Shown: piece by piece, positions 7,978 through 13,733 of the stretch | Position numbering within the stretch: position 1 is the first letter of the stretch | How the letters are laid out: every line of letters starts with the position of its first letter | Assembly (NCBI RefSeq): GCF_000022265.1 | Contig: NC_011979.1 | Location: forward strand, 3,570,001 to 3,602,000 | DNA length: 32,000 nt | From: Geotalea daltonii FRC-32 | GTDB lineage: Bacteria > Desulfobacterota > Desulfuromonadia > Geobacterales > Geobacteraceae | Reading direction: 5' to 3' | Notes under the pieces: model-generated | What the model saw: the letters and a program-made list of their open reading frames with translations, nothing else | What the model was told of the DNA's origin: nothing | The model's database searches: none | Translations under genes and position numbers: made by a program

Positions 7978-8008
7978 ATCGGGTAGTGCGGTCCAAGCCC
8001 GCACACCC
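7978..8008 (-). other. Hairpin plus terminal 9-mer shared with the group II intron 3' end at 9807-9840 (possible solo domain VI)
   Basis: ATCGGGTAG followed by GTGCGG/CCGCAC inside GGG(T)/(A)CCC. The architecture matches 9807-9840, with a different inner stem. Confidence 0.3.
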
Positions 8009-8023
8009 TCAGCCCCGTTGAAA
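8003..8023 (+). other. 3' half of an attC-like site (GTTGAAA core)
   Basis: CCCTCAGCCCCGTTGAAAGG parallels GCTCTCAGCCGTTGAACAG at 9233-9251. The NHL ORF starts 13 nt after the G|TT. Confidence 0.35.
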
Positions 8024-8029
8024 GGAGAA

Positions 8030-9151
8030 ATGATGAGGAGAATCTTTATACGAACCGCACTTGCCGCAGCAATTGTTTCAGCTTTGTCACTTGGAGGATG
8101 CGGCAGTAATCAGAATGGCATTTCTACAATTCAAATGGGCGGTGCTAAACAGGGAAATCTCCTCACGCTTACTGGAACGGTATCCGTTCTTGCAGGTCAG
8201 GCACCGCAAATGGGTACAGCCGATGGAACCGGTTCAGCGGCTCGATTTAATGCTCCCTCCGGTATAACGACCGACGGTACTAACCTCTATGTGGCGGACA
8301 CAGGAAATAATTTAATCCGCAAAGTAGTGATTACGACCGGTGCAGTTACTACACTTGCAGGGACAGTTGGGACAGGTACTGCCCAAACGAGTGGATCAAC
8401 CGATGGAACAGGCTCTGCGGCTAAGTTCAACGCTCCATTTGCCATTACCACCGATGGAACAAACCTTTATGTCGCTGACACAAACAACAATACAATTCGT
8501 AAAGTAGTCATTGCGACTGGTACAGTTACAACTTTGGCAGGCAGTGTCGGGATACCAGGCTCAGCTGATGGGATTGGCCCTGCAGGGCTGTTCAATTCAC
8601 CAGGTGGAATTACAACCGACGGCACAAACCTCTATGTGTCAGACACAGGCAACAGAACAATTCGTAAAGTTGTAATTGCAACTGGCGCCGTAACCACCCT
8701 TGCAGGCAGCGCCGGAACGCCTGGCTCAACCGATGGGGTCGGTCCGTCGGCCCTTTTCGGTACAGTATTCGGAATCACAACAGACGGAACGAGTCTTTTT
8801 GTCGCCGACACTGATAACAGCACAATTCGCAAAATCGTAATTGCGACAGGGATGGTAACTACTTTGGCCGGAAGCGCTGGGGTTAGTGGCATAGCTGATG
8901 GAACGGGCTCTACTGCCAAATTCAATGCACCATTTGGCATCACAACTGACGGTACAAACCTTTATGTAACTGATTCAAGACAAGGCTCAATTCGCAAAGT
9001 CGCAATTGCAACTGGTGTTGTGACAACTTTGGTAAATGGCAGTTCATTGACCACAATATCTCCTTTAAATTTTCCCTTAGGTATCTCGACTGATGGCCTA
9101 AACCTTTATGTTGCGGACACAGATAACAGCACTATCGACTTGATCAAGTAA
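8030..9151 (+). CDS. Lipoprotein with a six-bladed NHL-repeat beta-propeller
   Basis: Signal peptide and lipobox (ALSLGGC). There are six repeats of about 57-60 aa of the type FNAPxGITTDGTNLYVADTxNNTIRKVVIATGxVTTLAG. AAGGAG RBS at 8022-8027; ATG at 8030/8033. Confidence 0.85.
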   Translation: MMRRIFIRTALAAAIVSALSLGGCGSNQNGISTIQMGGAKQGNLLTLTGTVSVLAGQAPQMGTADGTGSAARFNAPSGITTDGTNLYVADTGNNLIRKVVITTGAVTTLAGTVGTGTAQTSGSTDGTGSAAKFNAPFAITTDGTNLYVADTNNNTIRKVVIATGTVTTLAGSVGIPGSADGIGPAGLFNSPGGITTDGTNLYVSDTGNRTIRKVVIATGAVTTLAGSAGTPGSTDGVGPSALFGTVFGITTDGTSLFVADTDNSTIRKIVIATGMVTTLAGSAGVSGIADGTGSTAKFNAPFGITTDGTNLYVTDSRQGSIRKVAIATGVVTTLVNGSSLTTISPLNFPLGISTDGLNLYVADTDNSTIDLIK

Positions 9152-9176
9152 TACTCCTACAAAGAAGAAGGCTAAC

Positions 9177-9248
9177 TTTCAACAAAGCGCGGCAGACGGT
9201 CTCCGCTTCGCTCCGCCGCTCCGCCGCTGCGGCTCTCAGCCGTTGAAC
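9177..9248 (+). repeat. attC-like site (different sequence family)
   Basis: TTTCAAC (9177-9183) and GTTGAAC (9242-9248) are complementary at 6/7 positions and flank a GC-rich, imperfectly pairing interior. The site lies between two ORFs. Confidence 0.4.
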
Positions 9249-9273
9249 AGCAAGGATAAAAGAGAGGGAGGTC

Positions 9274-9792
9274 ATGCAAATAAAAAAGGGATACTTAATC
9301 TTCTTGCTACTCTTTATGTGGCTTATTTTAACTGGCTGTGGGTCTAGTTCTTCTGATGCACAAGGAACTTCTTCTCTTCCAACAAACGAGAGCAAGGTTA
9401 CTGCAACTCAAGGGGTATGGGGCAATGTCTGGTTTTGGACGGGCAATTTTATGCCATCGGTTGCAGGCACTACAAACTCCTCTGGTAACATAACGCCTGT
9501 GGTTCGTGAAATTTTTGTCTATAAAGCCACCACGATAAGTGATGTCATGCCCTATTCTTTAGGAGAATTTTACTCATACATTCCCTCCGAGCTTGTTGCG
9601 AAAACGTCATCAGATGAGACTGGTTTCTTTCAAGTCACCCTTTCACCCGGCACCTACAGTATTTTTGTCAAGGAGGGCTCAGCGTTTTATGCTAACAAGT
9701 TTGATGGACAGGGCAGAGTCAACCCTGTAGAGGTAGTGCCTGGTGCAGTGACGAAACTTCAGATAGACATAAATTATCAAGCCACTTTTTAA
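9274..9792 (+). CDS. Small lipoprotein, possible carboxypeptidase-regulatory-like beta-sandwich
   Basis: Lipobox LILTGC, RBS GGGAGG, and GFFQVTLSPGTYSIFV, which is typical of CarboxypepD_reg-like folds (from memory). Confidence 0.6.
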   Translation: MQIKKGYLIFLLLFMWLILTGCGSSSSDAQGTSSLPTNESKVTATQGVWGNVWFWTGNFMPSVAGTTNSSGNITPVVREIFVYKATTISDVMPYSLGEFYSYIPSELVAKTSSDETGFFQVTLSPGTYSIFVKEGSAFYANKFDGQGRVNPVEVVPGAVTKLQIDINYQATF

Positions 9793-9807
9793 GAGAACGC
9801 GGTTCAA

Positions 9808-10002
9808 TCGGGTAGCCAGGGGTCTTAGCCCCCCAGCCCCCCACACCACCCGGCATGCGGGTCCGCACCGGGCGGTTCGTTGAAGTTACCGGGCCGTAGC
9901 CGGGTAGTGGATCTTCACCCACTGTTCTTTGACAGATACAAGACCTTGATCTTTCAGCCATTGATTGGTCATACCGTGCTGGGCTGCCAGTCGGCGGGGG
10001 GC
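9808..10002 (-). mobile_element. 5'-truncated group II intron remnant (IEP C-terminal codons, domain V, domain VI)
   Basis: The minus strand encodes ..RRLAAQHGMTNQWLKDQGLVSVKEQWVKIHYPATAR* (stop at 9886-9888), which resembles intron maturase C-termini. A domain V-like hairpin lies at 9845-9876 (ACCGCCCGG-TGCG-GACC-CGCA-[TG bulge]-CCGGGTGGT). A domain VI-like hairpin with a bulged A 7 nt from the end lies at 9807-9840. Confidence 0.6.
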
Positions 10003-10032
10003 CTTAAGGGGACGTGGGGCCTTAAGGGGACG
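9998..10032 (+). repeat. Tandem repeat, 2 x GGGGCCTTAAGGGGACG (18-bp period)
   Basis: Copies at 9998-10014 and 10016-10032, located at the truncation edge of the intron remnant. Confidence 0.9.
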
Positions 10033-10096
10033 GATTAGCACTGCGGGTTAGTCAACTAATGGGGTCTGCCCTTGAAGTGGGAAAATAAAAATGGAT

Positions 10097-10162
10097 TCCC
10101 AACGAGACCAGTGGACCCGGTCGCGTTAAACCTGCGTCGGGTCACCGGCCGAGCCGTTATAC
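10097..10162 (+). repeat. attC-like imperfect palindrome (copy B)
   Basis: TCCCAAC-GAG-ACCAGTGGACCCGGTCGC-GTTAAACCT-GCGTCGGGTCACCGG-CCGAGCC-GTTATAC. The 5' flank GATTCCCAAC is identical to copy A. Confidence 0.55.
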
Positions 10163-10306
10163 AACCCATATCTGAACGTGCGAGATATCTAAATGATTGA
10201 AATAAAGACCATAGCCCTATTCCTTATATACACGACCTGCTGCCGTTGGGGTTCCGGGGACATCCATGATAAGAATTAATTCACACCCATAAGGAGATTT
10301 CCCGAA

Positions 10307-11053
10307 ATGGACATCCCCCGGATATTCAACATCACCGAAAGTGCTCACCGCATCCATAACCCGTTCACACCCGAAAAACTCGCCACTCTCGGCGCGGCGC
10401 TGCGTCTGGAAACGGGGACCCGCGTGCTCGACCTCGGCAGCGGTTCGGGGGAGATGCTGTGCACCTGGGCACGCGATCACGGCGTCATCGGCACCGGCAT
10501 CGACATGAGCCAGTTGTTCACCGAGCAAGCGAAACTCCGTGCTGTAGAACTCGGCGTAACCGAACAAGTCAAGTTCATCCATGGCGATGCTACAGGCTAC
10601 GTCTCCGACGACAAGGCCGGTGTGGCAGCCTGTGTCGGTGCCACTTGGATCGCCGGGGGAGTCGCCGGCACTATCGAGCTTCTGGCGCGGAGCCTGCGCA
10701 CCGGAGGGATCATCCTCATCGGCGAGCCCTACTGGCGGCAGTTACCGCCGACGGAAGATGTCGCCAAGGGGTGTCTTGCCAACTCAATCTCCGATTTTCT
10801 CATGCTTCCAGAACTTCTCGCGTCTTTCGGCCACCTTGGCTGCGACGTAGTTGAAATGGTTCTGGCTGACCAAGACGGCTGGGACAGATACGAGGCGGCC
10901 AAATGGCTCACCATGCGCCGATGGCTTGAAGCCAATCCCGACGACGAGTTGGCACAAGATGTTCGAGCCAAACTGACCTCGGAACCCGAGCGCTACGCCG
11001 CTTACACGCGTGAATACCTGGGCTGGGGTGTGTTCGCGCTGATGCCGCGGTGA
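10307..11053 (+). CDS. Class I SAM-dependent methyltransferase
   Basis: Motif I VLDLGSGSGEM; GIDMS; IHGDA; GGIILIGEP. RBS AAGGAG lies upstream. Confidence 0.8.
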   Translation: MDIPRIFNITESAHRIHNPFTPEKLATLGAALRLETGTRVLDLGSGSGEMLCTWARDHGVIGTGIDMSQLFTEQAKLRAVELGVTEQVKFIHGDATGYVSDDKAGVAACVGATWIAGGVAGTIELLARSLRTGGIILIGEPYWRQLPPTEDVAKGCLANSISDFLMLPELLASFGHLGCDVVEMVLADQDGWDRYEAAKWLTMRRWLEANPDDELAQDVRAKLTSEPERYAAYTREYLGWGVFALMPR

Positions 11054-11139
11054 TGCGTTGGCGCATCCGGCGGATCGTCAACGGGTGCGGCGCAACAGCT
11101 GGTGGCTCGCCGAGATGTGAGTGAGCCTAGAAACAATGA

Positions 11140-11266
11140 AAGTTTGGTTTCACGTTCTTCCAGAAGCCGTAACCCGGCCCGGATCGCCTCGCTTGCGGCC
11201 TGCGTCGCCGCGCCTTGCCGGGAACCCAAATCCCTCGAAATCTTGCAGAGAACATTGCGTTGTCAT
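11140..11266 (-). pseudogene. parD-like (RHH) antitoxin remnant, frameshifted and C-terminally degraded
   Basis: The minus strand reads MTTQCSLQDFEGF in one frame. After an apparent 1-nt shift near 11225-11230 it reads GSRQGAATQAASEAIRAGLRLLEERETKL, the hallmark ParD helix. No parE partner is present. Confidence 0.5.
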
Positions 11267-11707
11267 CCCCGCAATCCACTCATTAGCAGAAAATAACACT
11301 CAGAGCTCCCCGCCACACAAAACAATCAACATCTTATTTTAAAAGGCTTTAAGCCTGTTGAGCTGCCAATCCATGCACGCTCTGCGTGTGTTTCTTTGGG
11401 GTAAATGCACGTTTTGCATAGTAGCAATTTATGAATACTTTGTTATGGTCTTTTTCGTCCGGATTTAATTAATGCAGTAAAACGTGCCAGTTGCGCAGCA
11501 TTACCATGGAGCAACAGAGGTGTCAGTCTATTTCCTTGATCATTACATCGGCCTCCAATTCTGACTCTTCAAGTCCTCTTACTTCATCCAGCCATGCCAT
11601 GACCGCGCAGCAGGGACCAGGCATTCCGCACCCACTAGCCGCACACTTCTGTTTCGCACGACATAAACCTGCTACCTATAGGTATTCACAGCAAAGGGAG
11701 GCTGTCC

Positions 11708-12772
11708 ATGCGTAAAAAAGTTTTGTTCAGAACCGGCTTGTTCGCCCTCAGCCTGCTCATGGTGATCCAGTTCACCTCGGGCACCCCCGGTGGAGCCACC
11801 AAAGCCGCACCGTGGAAGTTTGCCGTTCTCTGCGACAATCGCAGCAACCCCTGTGTACCCGGGGGTGGCGTTCAAGGGGTGAATGTGGAGGTGCTTGGCA
11901 AGATGGCTGCGGAGGTGGCTGCGGAAAAGGTGGATGTGGTGCTTGTGCCGGGGGACATTGCCCTGGGCAACGGCTATACCTGTACGCCGCCGACACCACC
12001 CCCCAATCCCGCCGATCAGCAGTACCAGCTCTGGCGGCAGACCATGAAGCCGGTCTACGACTCGGGTGCAAAGGTCTTGCCGGTCCGGGGCAACCACGAG
12101 ATGGACAAGGACGCAGTCTTGAGCGACTGGAGCAGCTGTCGCAAGCGGGTACCCATCGAATCGAAGCTGTTGGACGCCTACCGGTCCGTATTCAACGATC
12201 CATACCTGAAGAAAATCAGCCCCGATAGCCAAAAGGGCCTGACCTATGCCCTGCCCCACAAGAATGCCCTGTTCATCGGTTTCGACCAGATCACCGATCA
12301 GTTCCAGGTGGACCAGAAATGGTTCGACCGGGTCCTGGCCAAGAACAAGCGGGAACATCTGTTCGTCTTCGGCCACTATCCCGCCTTTGCAGTGAAGCAT
12401 AAAGACTGCCTGGCCTGCTATGGAGCGGCGCGGGATCGCTTCTGGAATGCCATCGGCAATGCCGGCGGCCGTCTCTACTTCTGCGGCCATGACCATTTCT
12501 ACGACCGGGCGATTATCCCGGACGCCAAAGGACGCCTGCTCCAACAGGTGCTGGTGGGTAACGGCGGCGCACCATTCGCTTCAACCACCGCACCCTATGC
12601 CGATCCCCGAGTCGAACCCGCCGAGCACATCGAAAATGCCTATGGCTATATGGTGGTAACGGTGGACGGGGACAGCGTCTCGGCAAAGCTGAAGGTGCTG
12701 GATCTCCCATCGGGAACGTGGCGGAACGCCGATGCCTTCTGCTACGCCCAGCGGCGCACTGCCGGAAAATAG
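11708..12772 (+). CDS. Exported calcineurin-like metallophosphoesterase
   Basis: Signal peptide MRKKVLFRTGLFALSLLMV. Motifs VPGDIALGN, VRGNHE, FGHYP, CGHDHFYDR. RBS AGGGAGG. Confidence 0.8.
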   Translation: MRKKVLFRTGLFALSLLMVIQFTSGTPGGATKAAPWKFAVLCDNRSNPCVPGGGVQGVNVEVLGKMAAEVAAEKVDVVLVPGDIALGNGYTCTPPTPPPNPADQQYQLWRQTMKPVYDSGAKVLPVRGNHEMDKDAVLSDWSSCRKRVPIESKLLDAYRSVFNDPYLKKISPDSQKGLTYALPHKNALFIGFDQITDQFQVDQKWFDRVLAKNKREHLFVFGHYPAFAVKHKDCLACYGAARDRFWNAIGNAGGRLYFCGHDHFYDRAIIPDAKGRLLQQVLVGNGGAPFASTTAPYADPRVEPAEHIENAYGYMVVTVDGDSVSAKLKVLDLPSGTWRNADAFCYAQRRTAGK

Positions 12773-12781
12773 CCCGCTGAT

Positions 12782-13696
12782 ATGACGCCGGTTTCCATCA
12801 GATATTTCGCCATCGAATGGCTTTCCAAACACGACGGCCCAGGGGCACGGGTCGTCGTCTTCCTCCAGGGCTGTCACTTTGCCTGCCCCTGGTGCCATTC
12901 GCCACACTCCAGCTTCGAATGGTCGCCGATCCTCTTCTTCAAGAACCTCTGCCTCTCCTGCAACCGCTGTCAGGAGGTCTGCCCCGAAGGATTGCGAGGG
13001 GCGCTGCCCACGAAAACCGCCGATATCAGCGCCCGTTGCCGCCGCTGCGGCGCCTGCGTGGTTGCCTGCCCCGCCTCCCGTCCGGGTGGGATGGCCAGTG
13101 CTCTGGTCTTGCCGACCCAGGAGGCCACGCCGGAGACGCTGTTCGCGACGATCCAGCCGCAGCTGGAAATGGTGCGCAAAATCGGTGGGCTGACCCTGAG
13201 TGGCGGCGAGGCCCTTCTCCAGGGAGAGGCGGTAGCCCACCTGCTCCGGCTGGCCCGCGATGCCGGCTTCCATACCACCGTGGAAACGTCCGGGCTCCTG
13301 CCCCTGGCGTGTTACCAGTCGATCGCTGCGCTCGTGGATTGCTGGCTGTTCGGTCTCCGCTCCGACATCCCCGGAGCAAAGGCCGCCGACCGTTTCGGGA
13401 TGCGGGGCAGCAACCTGCATTACCTTGCGTCCCTGCCGTCGCGTATCGTCGTCAGGAAACCGCTGGTGGCAGGTTATACCGACACTGAAGAGGAAATAGA
13501 GGTCACCATCGACGTCATGAAAGAATGCGGCGTCAGCGAAATCCAGCTGCTCCCCCTCAATCCCCATTCCGGCCATTATTACAGTGCTTTGGGACTGTCG
13601 TGTCCCGAAGCCACCAGAGCTACGCCGACGGCCGCAGCCGTCGCCACTGCCGTCAATCGTTTCACCGCATCGGGTTTTACGGTAACCGTCGGATAA
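12782..13696 (+). CDS. Glycyl-radical enzyme activating enzyme (radical SAM, two auxiliary ferredoxin-like clusters)
   Basis: CX3CX2C (GCHFACPWCHSP); CLSCNRCQEVCP and CRRCGACVVACP; SGGEALLQ. It begins 9 nt after the upstream gene. Confidence 0.9.
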   Translation: MTPVSIRYFAIEWLSKHDGPGARVVVFLQGCHFACPWCHSPHSSFEWSPILFFKNLCLSCNRCQEVCPEGLRGALPTKTADISARCRRCGACVVACPASRPGGMASALVLPTQEATPETLFATIQPQLEMVRKIGGLTLSGGEALLQGEAVAHLLRLARDAGFHTTVETSGLLPLACYQSIAALVDCWLFGLRSDIPGAKAADRFGMRGSNLHYLASLPSRIVVRKPLVAGYTDTEEEIEVTIDVMKECGVSEIQLLPLNPHSGHYYSALGLSCPEATRATPTAAAVATAVNRFTASGFTVTVG

Positions 13697-13733
13697 TCAA
13701 TAGTAATCGAGATGAAATAAAAGGAGATTCTGC

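Noticed and set aside
9802-9878. The whole stretch GTTCAAT...GTTGAAG as one 77-bp attC
   Set aside because: The interior folds into two separate hairpins (domain V- and VI-like) rather than one long imperfect palindrome. The adjacent minus-strand maturase C-terminus explains it better.
11324-11363. AATCAAC...GGCTT-T-AAGCC-T-GTTGAGC, a mini attC-like element
   Set aside because: The cores are complementary, but the element is only 40 bp, shorter than the attC sites I am aware of. It may mark the decayed end of the array but cannot be supported.
11478-11496. A sigma54-like TGGCACG..CTGC on the minus strand
   Set aside because: The GG-to-GC spacing is off by one from the -24/-12 consensus, and no plausible downstream gene exists.
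12581-13576. 331-aa minus-strand ORF antisense to the activase and phosphoesterase genes; also the similar frames at 1658-2608, 3007-3696, 23070-23912 and 24624-25370
   Set aside because: All lie opposite well-supported genes, lack motifs and show GC-driven absence of stops.
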